64,000 nucleotides of DNA from Candidatus Latescibacterota bacterium (GCA_965197905.1 CBDAOB010000004.1:1472001-1536000); one strand, 5' to 3'; counted from the stretch's first letter, positions 9,009-18,527 are shown. The notes: generated by a model not told the origin, from the sequence alone. Numbers and translations are program-made.

Positions 9009-10820
9009 ATGAGAAACCTACGGGAGTACTTGGATCTCCTGCAGCGCGAAGGAGATCTTGCCACCATAGAGGCGCCGGTCGACTCGGACCTGGAGATTGC
9101 CGAGATCCACCGACGGGTCATCGCGTGCGGTGGACCGGCTTTGCTGTTTACCAACGTTACCGGCGCCGACTTTCCGTGTGTGACCAATCTGTTCGGGACG
9201 CGAAGGCGGGTCGACCTGGCGTTCGGTCCGCGACCCCAACAGTTCCTTGCTCAGTTGGTGGAGCTTGCCCATGAGGTCTCCTCGCTGTCTCCCCGAAAGC
9301 TTTGGGGCCATCGCTCGCTGGCCGGGCAGTTACGCAAGGTGGGCATGAAAAGCGTCAACCGCGGACCAGTCACCGAACGTCGCCAGCCGACGCCTAACCT
9401 TGAGCGTCTGCCGCTATTGAAGACCTGGCCGGAAGATGGGGGCGGGTTCATTACCCTGCCTTTGGTTTACACCGAACACCCGGAAAGCGGCAAACACAAT
9501 TTGGGCATCTATCGTATTCAGCGGTATGATCAGCACACCACCGGGGTACACTGGCAGATTCAAAAAGGGGGAGGTTTTCACTACCACGTGGCGGAACAGC
9601 GCAACGAAGCCCTGCCCGTGGTCATCTTTGTCGGCGGTCCCCCTGCACTCATTCTGGCAGCCATCGCCCCTCTGCCTGAAGATCTGCCCGAACTGATGCT
9701 GGCGTCGCTGTTGCAGGGAGGACGCCTGGAACGCGTGAGGAATCCGCATGGCGGTTTGCCGTTGATCGCCGAAGCAGACTTCGCCATCGAGGGCACCGTG
9801 GCTCCCCACGAACGAAAAATCGAAGGACCGTTCGGAGACCACTACGGCTACTACTCGTTGGAACACGAATATCCGGTTCTTCGTGTGGATCAGGTGTATC
9901 ATCGCAGGGATGCAGTCTATCCCGCCACGGTGGTCGGCAAACCTCCCCAGGAAGACCTGTTTTTGGGGAACTACATTCAGGAGTTGATGGCCCCACTCAG
10001 CCGTTTGGTGATGCCGTCCATAAAAGCGATCTGGAGTTACGGGGAAACCGGCTACCACAGCCTGTCTAGCATCGTTGTCGAAGAGCGTTACCCCCGCGAG
10101 GCGATGAAGTTCGCTTTTCGTATCCTTGGTGAGGACGGAGGTCAGTTGGCGTTGACCAAGGTGCTTGTGGTGATCGACGGGGCGGTGGATCTGGCTGATT
10201 TCAGGCAGGTCCTCGAGTACACCTTGGCCCGGACTCAGTTGGAAACCGACCTGTTTGTCATCGCCAATCTCGCCATGGACAGCCTCGACTACACCGGCCC
10301 CGAGATAAACCGGGGCAGCAAAGCGATTCTGATCGGCGTCGGCGATGCGAAGCGGACGTTGCCGGCAGAGTTCGAAGGCGCGCTACCGGCCGGCGCTACC
10401 GCTGTGTCGACCTACTGTCGCGGGTGTCTGGCGGTAAGCGGACCCGGGTATTCCGAAGATCCAGATTTCGCCGGGGTCCTCACGCGGGATTCGGCCGTGA
10501 GCGCATGGCCTCTGGTCTTTCTGGTGGACGACACCCGCGTCGTGGAAAGAAACGTGACCTTTCTCTGGAGCAGCTTCACCCGGTTCGAGCCGGCCGGCGA
10601 TCTGTATGCGGCAGAGATTCGCCTGGTTCGGCACCATCCAAGCTATACCCCTCCGGTCGTGCTCGACTGCCGCAAGAAACCGGGCTACCCGGATGAGCTC
10701 GCGGTGGACGAGGAGACCGCGCACAAGGTCAGCGGTCGGTGGTCCAAATACTTTCCGCACGGTGGCGTCGACGGCGTCGAAGACCGTTTGGGGTACACCG
10801 GATTCGCACTCATGGACTGA
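9009..10820 (+). CDS. UbiD-family (prFMN-dependent) decarboxylase, long form, possibly menaquinone/futalosine-pathway type
   Basis: LEIAEIHRR..GGPALLF, NLGIYR, EGPFGDHYGYY and VGKPPQED motifs; 603 aa. Confidence 0.9.
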   Translation: MRNLREYLDLLQREGDLATIEAPVDSDLEIAEIHRRVIACGGPALLFTNVTGADFPCVTNLFGTRRRVDLAFGPRPQQFLAQLVELAHEVSSLSPRKLWGHRSLAGQLRKVGMKSVNRGPVTERRQPTPNLERLPLLKTWPEDGGGFITLPLVYTEHPESGKHNLGIYRIQRYDQHTTGVHWQIQKGGGFHYHVAEQRNEALPVVIFVGGPPALILAAIAPLPEDLPELMLASLLQGGRLERVRNPHGGLPLIAEADFAIEGTVAPHERKIEGPFGDHYGYYSLEHEYPVLRVDQVYHRRDAVYPATVVGKPPQEDLFLGNYIQELMAPLSRLVMPSIKAIWSYGETGYHSLSSIVVEERYPREAMKFAFRILGEDGGQLALTKVLVVIDGAVDLADFRQVLEYTLARTQLETDLFVIANLAMDSLDYTGPEINRGSKAILIGVGDAKRTLPAEFEGALPAGATAVSTYCRGCLAVSGPGYSEDPDFAGVLTRDSAVSAWPLVFLVDDTRVVERNVTFLWSSFTRFEPAGDLYAAEIRLVRHHPSYTPPVVLDCRKKPGYPDELAVDEETAHKVSGRWSKYFPHGGVDGVEDRLGYTGFALMD

Positions 10821-10826
10821 TTCGAC

Positions 10827-12251
10827 ATGGACACTTCGCTGGCACACGCTACCGTCAAAGAACTAGCCACCCGCATCGAAAAGGGCAGCCTCTCTCCCGT
10901 CGAGCTGACCGAATATTACCTCGACCGGATCCAGCGGCTGGACCACCGGTTGAATTCGTTCATGCTCATCGCCCACGAGCGCGCCCGCGCTGCCGCCAAA
11001 GCGGCCGAGATCGCCATCGCCGGCGGCAACTACCTGGGCCCGCTGCACGGCATCCCGTTTGCCGTCAAAGATCTGGTGAACGTCGCCGGTTTGCCCACCA
11101 CCAACGGATCGATCCTGTTCAAGGAGCGCATTGCCCGCAACGACGCGACGGTCTTTCGCAAGCTGCTGCAGGCGGGTATCGTGCTCATAGGCAAGACGGG
11201 ACAGGTAGAATTCGCGTTTGGCGCAACTGGTATCAACCACCACTACGGCACGCCGTGGAATCCGTGGGATGCCCAGGTGCAGCGCATTCCCGGTGGATCC
11301 AGCAGCGGATCTGGGGTCAGCGTCGCCGCAGACCTGGTGCCTGCCGCCCTGGGGACGGACACCGGAGGTTCGGTGCGCTTGCCGGCAGCTTTCAATGGCC
11401 TTGTCGGGTTGAAACCGACCTTCGGTCGCGTGAGCACGGTTGGGATCGAACCCCTGAATCCGGACCTCGATTCCCCCGGACCGATCGTGCGCTCGGTGGA
11501 AGACGCCGCGCTTTTCCTGCAAGCGCTCGCCGGACCGGACCCGGCCGATGAGAATACGTGGAATCGGCCGTGCGAGCAGTTTGCGGAAAACCTCGACGTA
11601 GATCTCAGCGGCATGCGGGTTTGTTTTCCACGTGAGTATTTTTGGGAAGAGACCGATGACGAAGTAGAAGCGGCGGTGCGTGCCAGCGCCCGCGTTTTTG
11701 CCGATATGGATGTTCAGGTGGATGAGATATCGATCCCGGAGATCAACGAGATGGCAGCGTTGTTTAGCCGCGCCAACATCTCGGCCGTCGAGCTATTCAT
11801 GCGTCTGCGCGATCAGCTGGCAGAAAATCCGGAGATTTTCGATCCGGCGGTAGGTCCGCGTATTATGGCCGGCGGGGATGTTTCGGCGGTTGACTACCTG
11901 GAGATCAAATCGGAGTGTGAAAGGCTTAGAAAACAGGTTGTTCGCACCCTCGCCAACGTGGATGCTCTAGTAACCCCCACCACCCCATTTGCAGCGCTAC
12001 CGGTATCGGAGGTAGACAGCGAATCCTTTCCCACGCTGAACCTTTTGAGCTTGCGAAACACCGTCCCGGCGAATCTTCTCGGGTTGTGCGCCATTACCGT
12101 GCCCTGCGGGTTTACCGATGACGGTTTGCCATTGGGTTTACAGCTCATCGGCCGCCCTTTTGAAGAGCGCCGGATCTTGTTGTTGGCCCACGCCTTCGAA
12201 CAATCTTCTGAATGGTCTCGCCGGCACGCAGATGTAACCCTTTTCGAGTAG
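10827..12251 (+). CDS. Amidase signature family protein (GatA/AtzE-like)
   Basis: GIPFAVKD, GGSSSGS and LGTDTGGSVRLPA (Lys-cisSer-Ser triad); 474 aa. Confidence 0.9.
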   Translation: MDTSLAHATVKELATRIEKGSLSPVELTEYYLDRIQRLDHRLNSFMLIAHERARAAAKAAEIAIAGGNYLGPLHGIPFAVKDLVNVAGLPTTNGSILFKERIARNDATVFRKLLQAGIVLIGKTGQVEFAFGATGINHHYGTPWNPWDAQVQRIPGGSSSGSGVSVAADLVPAALGTDTGGSVRLPAAFNGLVGLKPTFGRVSTVGIEPLNPDLDSPGPIVRSVEDAALFLQALAGPDPADENTWNRPCEQFAENLDVDLSGMRVCFPREYFWEETDDEVEAAVRASARVFADMDVQVDEISIPEINEMAALFSRANISAVELFMRLRDQLAENPEIFDPAVGPRIMAGGDVSAVDYLEIKSECERLRKQVVRTLANVDALVTPTTPFAALPVSEVDSESFPTLNLLSLRNTVPANLLGLCAITVPCGFTDDGLPLGLQLIGRPFEERRILLLAHAFEQSSEWSRRHADVTLFE

Positions 12252-12270
12252 GTCATACCGTCGGGAAGGC

Positions 12271-12299
12271 TTGCTCGGATATACCGGCGCCGCTATATT
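12271..12299 (+). promoter_or_regulatory. Sigma70-like promoter for tRNA-Glu
   Basis: TTGCTC-N17-TATATT followed by GC-rich CACGGCGCCC. Confidence 0.6.
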
Positions 12300-12338
12300 T
12301 CACGGCGCCCAAATCAACCTTCTGATCCATCCTCTTGT

Positions 12339-12413
12339 GCTCCCATCGTCCAGCGGTTAGGACCCAGGATTTTCAATCCTGTAACCGGAGTTCGAGTCTC
12401 CGTGGGAGCACCA
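12339..12413 (+). tRNA. tRNA-Glu (anticodon TTC)
   Basis: Acceptor stem GCTCCCA/TGGGAGC, anticodon arm CAGGA-TTTTCAA-TCCTG, T-loop GTTCGAGT, encoded CCA; 75 nt. Confidence 0.96.
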
Positions 12414-12428
12414 CAACAAAAATATCAG

Positions 12429-12457
12429 AAAAGGCCCTTTACTTGGGGGCCTTTTTT
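12429..12457 (+). terminator. Intrinsic terminator after tRNA-Glu
   Basis: AAAAGGCCCTT-loop-GGGGGCCTTTTTT hairpin with a U-tract. Confidence 0.8.
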
Positions 12458-12502
12458 GTATCATTCAGATCCCCCACCTAGGATAAAGCCGCGACCTCGG
12501 TC

Positions 12503-14560
12503 ATGTTCAGATTCGGTATAGGACCCAAGGCAAGATCGGATTGGGTCCTCGTTGCCACAGCGCTTGTTGCCTATGCCATAGTGGTAATCCGGAGCGCCTG
12601 GTTAACTGAGGATGCATTCATCACGTTCCGCACTGTAGACAATTTTATCAACGGCTACGGACTGACGTGGAACGTTTCCGAACGCGTCCAAAGCTACACG
12701 AACCCGTTGTGGATGTTCTTGGTTTCTCTTTGCTATCTGTTCACCTCAGAGATCTATTGGACCGCCATTTGTCTCGGTATCGCGACCTCGCTGCTTGCCG
12801 TATCCGTGGTTGTTTTGCGCGTGGCGGAATCGATCGGGTCCGCGGTTCTAGCCGTTGTCGTCCTGACCTGTTCCAAGGCGTTTGTCGACTACTCGACGTC
12901 CGGCATGGAAAACCCGCTCACCCATTTGATCCTGGCTCTCTTCCTTTCCGTCTATCTGCGGCAACGATTCAACAACGGGACCCTTTTCTGGTTATCGCTG
13001 CTCGCCGCTCTCGGCATGGTCAACAGGATGGACACGGCGCTCTTTTTCCTTCCGCCCCTGGCGTTCGTCGCCGCAAGGATACGAAGCGCGAAGGCGACCG
13101 GTATAGCTGTAGTGGGGTTTGCGCCTTTTTTCCTATGGGAACTCTTCTCTGTCGTTTATTACGGTTTCCTCGTTCCCAATACGGCGTACGCCAAGCTGAA
13201 TACGGGGATACCTGTTTCGGACCTGACACTTCAGGGGTTTTATTACCTCTTGAATTCCATCAAGCTGGATCCCCTGACGTTATTGTGCGTTCTGGTCGGT
13301 GTCGCTTTGCCCCTGGCAAAGAAAGCATGGTGGCAAACCCCCGTGGGACTTGGCATTCTTCTGTACCTGTTTTACGTGGTCTCCATAGGTGGGGATTTCA
13401 TGAGCGGCCGCTTTTTGAGTGCGCCCCTCCTTGCCGCAGCGACGTTGGCACTTCCGCATCTTAAGAAGACCAAACAGTGGTCCGTTCCGTGCTGCGCACT
13501 GCCGCTGATCAGCCTCTGTTTGCCTTTTTCGCCGTTTCTGAGTGGAGCAGACTATGGCAAGGGACCCGAGGGCCAAGCTGGCGCCAGAAACATCCACGAC
13601 GAGAGAGGACTCTTCTATCCGAACGCTGGTTTGCTGCGGAAGTTGCATTTCGATGGAGAGACGGAGTTTCCCGATCATTGGTGGGCGGTGCGAGGGCGTC
13701 AGGTCAGGAAACAGCAGACGACATCGGGTGTGACGCGCGAAGGTTTTCTGGTGGAACCTGTGGATCGAGACGATCTGGACGCGGTGACGACCTGGATGAA
13801 TATCGGCTTGAGCGGTTTTTATGCCGGGCCCCGCGTTCATATCGTCGATGCTATCGCGCTGGCTGATCCGCTTCTCGCCCGGCTGCCGGCGATCTCAGTT
13901 TCAGGGTGGGGTGCCGGCCATTTTGGCCGCTTGATGCCGGAGGGGTACTTGGAAACACATATCCGCGGGGAAAACCTGATTGCCGACAAGCAGCTTGCCC
14001 GTTATTACGACCACTTGTGTACTGTTGTTCGTGGAGATCTCTTTGATCCTGTACGATGGAGTGAGATATGGAACATCCATGTGGGCAAGTATGACGCGCT
14101 GATCGACTTTCAGCGCTACCGCCATCCGACGGACCTGGAGAGGCACCTTTCCGAGGTTAGAATACGGCCTCGTGATCCTACCAAACATATCACCCTGGCC
14201 GAGGAATACTTTAGGCTTGACCACGTGGATGAGGCGCTTTCGTCCCTTCGTCGGGCGCTGGACATCAACCGGTTGAGCTTCGCCAACCATTACATCGTGG
14301 CGAACATCTATGCCGGCCATCAGCAACCCACGCTCGCTCACGAAGCCTACCGTAGCGCGATAGCTCTCAGTTCGAGGCACCTTCGCGACCTGGAGCGCGC
14401 GGGGAATTGGGAAGGCTTGCATGTTGCCTATGGCAGGTTGGCTCACGGCTACGTCGAGACCGGTAATCGGGCTGCAGCCATTTCCGCACTGGAAGAAGCA
14501 TTAAGAATCAAACCTGATGAAGAGCTGCGCCGCAAGCTGCGAGCCGTTAGTGGCGATTAA
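12503..14560 (+). CDS. GT-C membrane glycosyltransferase (arabinofuranosyltransferase-like N-terminus) with C-terminal TPR repeats
   Basis: EDAFITFR...G.G..WN..ERVQSYTNPLW loop, many TM helices, PNTAYAK, GGDFMSGRF and GH.GR motifs, TPR-like tail; 685 aa. Confidence 0.75.
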   Translation: MFRFGIGPKARSDWVLVATALVAYAIVVIRSAWLTEDAFITFRTVDNFINGYGLTWNVSERVQSYTNPLWMFLVSLCYLFTSEIYWTAICLGIATSLLAVSVVVLRVAESIGSAVLAVVVLTCSKAFVDYSTSGMENPLTHLILALFLSVYLRQRFNNGTLFWLSLLAALGMVNRMDTALFFLPPLAFVAARIRSAKATGIAVVGFAPFFLWELFSVVYYGFLVPNTAYAKLNTGIPVSDLTLQGFYYLLNSIKLDPLTLLCVLVGVALPLAKKAWWQTPVGLGILLYLFYVVSIGGDFMSGRFLSAPLLAAATLALPHLKKTKQWSVPCCALPLISLCLPFSPFLSGADYGKGPEGQAGARNIHDERGLFYPNAGLLRKLHFDGETEFPDHWWAVRGRQVRKQQTTSGVTREGFLVEPVDRDDLDAVTTWMNIGLSGFYAGPRVHIVDAIALADPLLARLPAISVSGWGAGHFGRLMPEGYLETHIRGENLIADKQLARYYDHLCTVVRGDLFDPVRWSEIWNIHVGKYDALIDFQRYRHPTDLERHLSEVRIRPRDPTKHITLAEEYFRLDHVDEALSSLRRALDINRLSFANHYIVANIYAGHQQPTLAHEAYRSAIALSSRHLRDLERAGNWEGLHVAYGRLAHGYVETGNRAAAISALEEALRIKPDEELRRKLRAVSGD

Positions 14561-14595
14561 AGGTGATCGTCCTTGCAGCGACACCGTGGTCATTT

Positions 14596-14624
14596 TTGCG
14601 GTCTTGTCCACGACTGTGTATCCT
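14596..14624 (+). promoter_or_regulatory. Putative sigma70 promoter
   Basis: TTGCGG-N17-TATCCT just upstream of the small ORF and receiver pair. Confidence 0.4.
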
Positions 14625-14638
14625 GAATTCAGGTGATT

Positions 14639-14821
14639 ATGTTGCTGACATTGCTGAGAAAACTGGTTTCCTGGATCCTGATCGATCTTCTCCTCTCGGT
14701 CGCGCGACGGTGGTTTGCCGGGGATCTCTCCTTGCAGAAGCTGGCGGACAAAGTACTGGCGTCGCTTCCGAGGTTTTCGGGAAAACCGGGTGACAAAGCC
14801 AAGAACAAGACCCTCTCTTGA
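14639..14821 (+). CDS. Small hypothetical protein (60 aa, amphipathic/basic)
   Basis: AGGTGA immediately upstream of the ATG at 14639; stop overlaps the next start (TTGA). Confidence 0.55.
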   Translation: MLLTLLRKLVSWILIDLLLSVARRWFAGDLSLQKLADKVLASLPRFSGKPGDKAKNKTLS

Positions 14822-15207
14822 ACGTTCAGATCGGAAAAATCACCAAGTCCGTCCTGGTAATCGAGGACCAGACCATAGCCCGAAAGACCATGTGCCAGCA
14901 GCTGGAGTACTACGGTTACAAGGTCCTGGAGGCGAGCACCGGCAAGGAGGGGTTACAGCTGTTCAACCAGCACAAGACCGATGTCGGCATGGTGCTGCTC
15001 GACCTTTCCCTGCCCGATGTATCGAGCGACCAGATGTTGGCGGCACTGCGAACCTTGGAACCGAACGTGAACGTAGCCGTCTGCACCGATGAGTCGCTCA
15101 CCGAGTCGAAATCCAAGGAGGAATTCAAGGACCTGGTGGGCATCCTCAAGAGACCTGTGCGCACCGATCGATTGCTTGCTGTGCTGCACAAGGGCCTGGA
15201 GGGCTGA
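14818..15207 (+). CDS. Single-domain response regulator (receiver)
   Basis: LVIED acidic pocket, LLDLSLP phospho-acceptor, CT, KRP; 129 aa. Confidence 0.85.
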   Translation: MNVQIGKITKSVLVIEDQTIARKTMCQQLEYYGYKVLEASTGKEGLQLFNQHKTDVGMVLLDLSLPDVSSDQMLAALRTLEPNVNVAVCTDESLTESKSKEEFKDLVGILKRPVRTDRLLAVLHKGLEG

Positions 15208-15250
15208 CCTTCTGACTATATCAGGATAACCCCGACCCCTCGCTATCCGT

Positions 15251-16726
15251 TTGGGCCAATCTCTTGCGACTCGCGCCGTTCGCGGCGTTCTCTGGACCGG
15301 TAGCGCCTCCTTCGTGCAGCTGCTGATCCCCCTGGTGTTGTACGGCTTTCTTCCGGCGGATCAGATGGGCAGGTTCGAGGGTGCTCTCACCATTGTTATG
15401 TTGGGTGCGTTGCTCGGCAGTCTGGGCCTTGGCGAGGCGCTGGTTCAAAACCGCAACGCCGGCGACATCCATTTCAATTCGGCGTTCTGGACCTGCCTGT
15501 TTACCGGGTGCACTATCTCCCTCCTTTTGATCGCCAGTGCCTCGCGGATTGGGGAGCTGCTCTCCTGGCCCAGTCCGGACGAGTTGCGGCCACTGTTGGT
15601 GCCGCTTTCGCTCTTGATCCCGCTGGCTTCGGTCTCGGGCATCTTTCGCGCCCGCCTTTCGCGCGAGCTGCTTTTCAGACCGCTGGCTATTTCTGAAATC
15701 GTGTCAGTGCTGTCCTACGCGGTGGTCGTAGTCGCCTTGTTGCCGCACTACGGCCTTTGGAGCCCCATCGTGGGTGCGGTGGTCCGCGAGGCCGCGTTGC
15801 TTGGCAGTCTTTGTGTTTCGGCGCGCTGGTGCCCGCGCTTTATTTGCAGCGTCTCCAGCCTCAGAGAGGTTCTCCCTTTCGGCCTGCACTTCACCGGTTC
15901 ACGCAGCGTCAACTTTCTCAACAGTCACCTTGCAACCTTCTTCATCATGCCGCTGTTGGGCGAAGCTGCTCACGGATATTACAAGTTTGCCCACCGCATG
16001 ACATTGTTGCCGCTGGTGCGTCTTTCCACCACCATAACGCGGGTATCCTTCCCAACCTTCTCCTCCATTCAGAACGATGGGGATCTATTGCCTCGGGGAT
16101 ACCTCAAATCGGTGCAGAGCATTGCTCTGTTCACCTGGCCGGCTCTAGTCTGGTTGTTGGTGTTTGCACCGGAGGTGCTGGCATTCGTGGAAAAAATCAA
16201 CGATCTCGAATTGAGTCCCGCCCTGTGGGGTCTGCGCCTGTTGATCGTCGCCACCCTGGTTAAAGCCGTGGGCATCGTGGTAGGTTCGGTGTTTATGGCC
16301 AAGGGGAAAGCGAACTGGGCGCTCTACTGGTCCTTGTTCAGTCTTCTTCTGCTGCTGCCGGCACTTTACTATTCGACAGAGTATGGAGTGGCCGGCGTCG
16401 CGGCGGCGATTGCGGCGACCGCGTTGATCTTCCTGGTGCTGTCACAGCATTTGGTCAACCGCTTAACCGATCTGAGTTTTGGCGACTATTTAGGCAGTCT
16501 CGCAAGACCGCTCCTGGTAAGCATATTCGTATTGGCCGTACTGGTCTACGCCAGTATCGCTCTGCCGCCGGACCCGCTAGTGCGCCTTTCCGTCGGGACA
16601 GGGGTGGGCGTGGTCGCTTTCCTGGTGGCGACGCGACTGCTAGCGTGGGAATTCTGTCGACAGGTTTGGAAGAGTCTGTCCGGGGGTCGATCCGCCGCAA
16701 CCAACGGCAGCGAGGATCCCGCCTGA
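15251..16726 (+). CDS. Polysaccharide/lipid-linked oligosaccharide flippase (Wzx/WzxC-like, MOP superfamily)
   Basis: About 12-14 hydrophobic segments; LGLGEALVQ, G.Y..A and V.FP.FS.IQND motifs; 491 aa. Confidence 0.85.
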   Translation: MGQSLATRAVRGVLWTGSASFVQLLIPLVLYGFLPADQMGRFEGALTIVMLGALLGSLGLGEALVQNRNAGDIHFNSAFWTCLFTGCTISLLLIASASRIGELLSWPSPDELRPLLVPLSLLIPLASVSGIFRARLSRELLFRPLAISEIVSVLSYAVVVVALLPHYGLWSPIVGAVVREAALLGSLCVSARWCPRFICSVSSLREVLPFGLHFTGSRSVNFLNSHLATFFIMPLLGEAAHGYYKFAHRMTLLPLVRLSTTITRVSFPTFSSIQNDGDLLPRGYLKSVQSIALFTWPALVWLLVFAPEVLAFVEKINDLELSPALWGLRLLIVATLVKAVGIVVGSVFMAKGKANWALYWSLFSLLLLLPALYYSTEYGVAGVAAAIAATALIFLVLSQHLVNRLTDLSFGDYLGSLARPLLVSIFVLAVLVYASIALPPDPLVRLSVGTGVGVVAFLVATRLLAWEFCRQVWKSLSGGRSAATNGSEDPA

Positions 16727-16776
16727 CGGCGGCGGATTCGTTTTCGGCAGGACATTTCACACACAGCCCATCTCCT

Positions 16777-16805
16777 TTGCGCCTGATTATGCCATGAGGT
16801 ATCTT
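16777..16805 (+). promoter_or_regulatory. Putative sigma70 promoter for pdxS
   Basis: TTGCGC-N17-TATCTT; strong AGGAGGT RBS before the pdxS ATG. Confidence 0.5.
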
Positions 16806-16852
16806 CTAGCTCCAGACGCTGCATCATGATGAATTTTAGGAGGTAGGGCTAC

Positions 16853-17752
16853 ATGTCCGAACAATCCAATGGCCAAACGGGAACGCCGAAACTCAAGACC
16901 GGTCTCGCCGAGATGCTCAAGGGCGGAGTGATCATGGATGTGGTCACTGCCGATCAGGCAAAAATCGCCGCCGATGCCGGCGCCGTGTCGGTGATGGCTC
17001 TGGAGCGGGTGCCAGCCGACATCCGCAAGGATGGCGGGGTTGCGCGCATGGCAAGCATCGAAAAACTCCGGGAGATCATGGAAGTAGTCTCGATCCCGGT
17101 CATGGCCAAGGTTCGCATCGGGCATTTCGCCGAGGCGCAGATGCTTCAAGCCCTGGGCGTCGACTACGTCGACGAAAGCGAGGTCCTAACACCGGCTGAC
17201 GAACACTTCCACATCGACAAGTTTGCTTTCGAGGTACCGTTCGTCTGCGGCTGCCGCAATCTGGGCGAGGCCCTGCGCCGAATTGGCGAAGGCGCGGCGA
17301 TGATCCGCACCAAAGGTGAAGCCGGTTCGGGTAACATCGTGGAGGCGGTGCGCCACATGCGCAGTGTTACCGATGAGATGCGACGACTTACCACGCTGCG
17401 GCCGGAAGAGTTGATGACGACGGCAAAAGATCTAGGTGCGCCGTATGAGCTGGTTAGATTGGTCGCGCAGGAGGGCAAATTACCGGTACCCAACTTTGCA
17501 GCCGGAGGCGTCGCCACCCCGGCGGATGCATCGCTCATGATGCAGCTGGGCGCCGAATCCGTCTTTGTGGGCTCGGGGATTTTCAAGTCGGGTGATCCGG
17601 AGCAGCGCGCCAAGGCGATCGTGGAAGCCACGACACACTACGAGGATCCGGAAGTGTTGATTAGGGTTTCCGAGAAGCTGGGTGAGGCCATGGTGGGAAT
17701 CGATATCAACACTATCGAAGAAGGGCAGCTGCTGCAGACCAGAGGTTGGTAG
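16853..17752 (+). CDS. pdxS: Pyridoxal 5'-phosphate synthase, lyase subunit
   Basis: [33 protein letters not shown] and [12 protein letters not shown] motifs; C-terminal RGW. Confidence 0.98.
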   Translation: MSEQSNGQTGTPKLKTGLAEMLKGGVIMDVVTADQAKIAADAGAVSVMALERVPADIRKDGGVARMASIEKLREIMEVVSIPVMAKVRIGHFAEAQMLQALGVDYVDESEVLTPADEHFHIDKFAFEVPFVCGCRNLGEALRRIGEGAAMIRTKGEAGSGNIVEAVRHMRSVTDEMRRLTTLRPEELMTTAKDLGAPYELVRLVAQEGKLPVPNFAAGGVATPADASLMMQLGAESVFVGSGIFKSGDPEQRAKAIVEATTHYEDPEVLIRVSEKLGEAMVGIDINTIEEGQLLQTRGW

Positions 17753-17754
17753 CT

Positions 17755-17919
17755 AGTGCCCTGTATCGGAAGTAGGCTTGTGAAATGAGGGCGCCGAGTC
17801 GGCCGGACTGCAAGGCACGCGATCGAGGCGTATTGGTGAGATACGACGAGTGAGCGCAACGCAGCAGAGCGGGATGAATCGGCGAATTAATACAGGCATA
17901 TTTTCGATACAGGGGCACT
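17755..17919 (+). repeat. ~165-nt palindromic intergenic element with terminal inverted repeats (MITE/ERIC-like)
   Basis: Left end AGTGCCCTGTATCGGAAGTAGGCTTGTG versus reverse complement of right end AGTGCCCCTGTATCGAAAATATGCCTGTA. Nested inner stems CGCCGAGTC/GAATCGGCG, CTGC/GCAG and CGTAT/ATACG. CTAG at both boundaries. Confidence 0.75.
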
Positions 17920-17923
17920 CTAG

Positions 17924-18499
17924 GTGCAGGTAGGCGTTCTGGGTCTGCAGGGCGACTTCGAAGCCCACGGCAGGATGCTGGAGCAGCTCGGCGCCACCGT
18001 TCAGGTCGTCAAGAAACCCCGACAACTCCACGAAGTGTCCGGATTGGTGATTCCCGGTGGGGAGAGCACCACCCTGATCCGTCTCATGGATCTCTACGAC
18101 TTCTGGGATCCCCTCCGCACATTCTCCAGCGAGGGTGGAGTCATTTTGGGAACCTGCGCCGGCATGATTCTGCTGGCCGCGGAGGTTCTCAACCCCTCGC
18201 AAAAATCTCTCGGACTCATCGACCTTACAGTGGAGCGCAACAGTTACGGCCGTCAAAGGGAGAGCTTCGAAGCGACCGGCAACTTCTGCGTCAACGGCCA
18301 TGCCAGCCCGTTGCCGATGGTGTTTATCCGTGCCCCTCGCATTCGACGTCTCGGCGCTGCGGTCGAGAGCCTGGCTACTTGTGGCGACGACTGCGTATTG
18401 GCGCGACAAGATCGGGTCATCGCCGGCGCCTTCCATCCCGAGTTCACCGACGATCCCACCGTTCATCAGTATTTCCTGGACCTGGTAGCCAGCACATAA
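17924..18499 (+). CDS. pdxT: Pyridoxal 5'-phosphate synthase, glutaminase subunit
   Basis: GVLGLQG, PGGESTT, GTCAG, FIRAP and FHPE motifs; 191 aa. Confidence 0.97.
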   Translation: MQVGVLGLQGDFEAHGRMLEQLGATVQVVKKPRQLHEVSGLVIPGGESTTLIRLMDLYDFWDPLRTFSSEGGVILGTCAGMILLAAEVLNPSQKSLGLIDLTVERNSYGRQRESFEATGNFCVNGHASPLPMVFIRAPRIRRLGAAVESLATCGDDCVLARQDRVIAGAFHPEFTDDPTVHQYFLDLVAST

Positions 18500-18527
18500 A
18501 AATCCCAAATATCCCGGTTCTTTGTGC

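Noticed and set aside
10827..12251. gatA
   Set aside because: No gatB/gatC adjacent; EFAFG and RLPA variants fit a generic amidase.
12339..16850. Integrative island at tRNA-Glu
   Set aside because: No integrase, and I saw no duplicated tRNA 3' end in the downstream intergenic regions.
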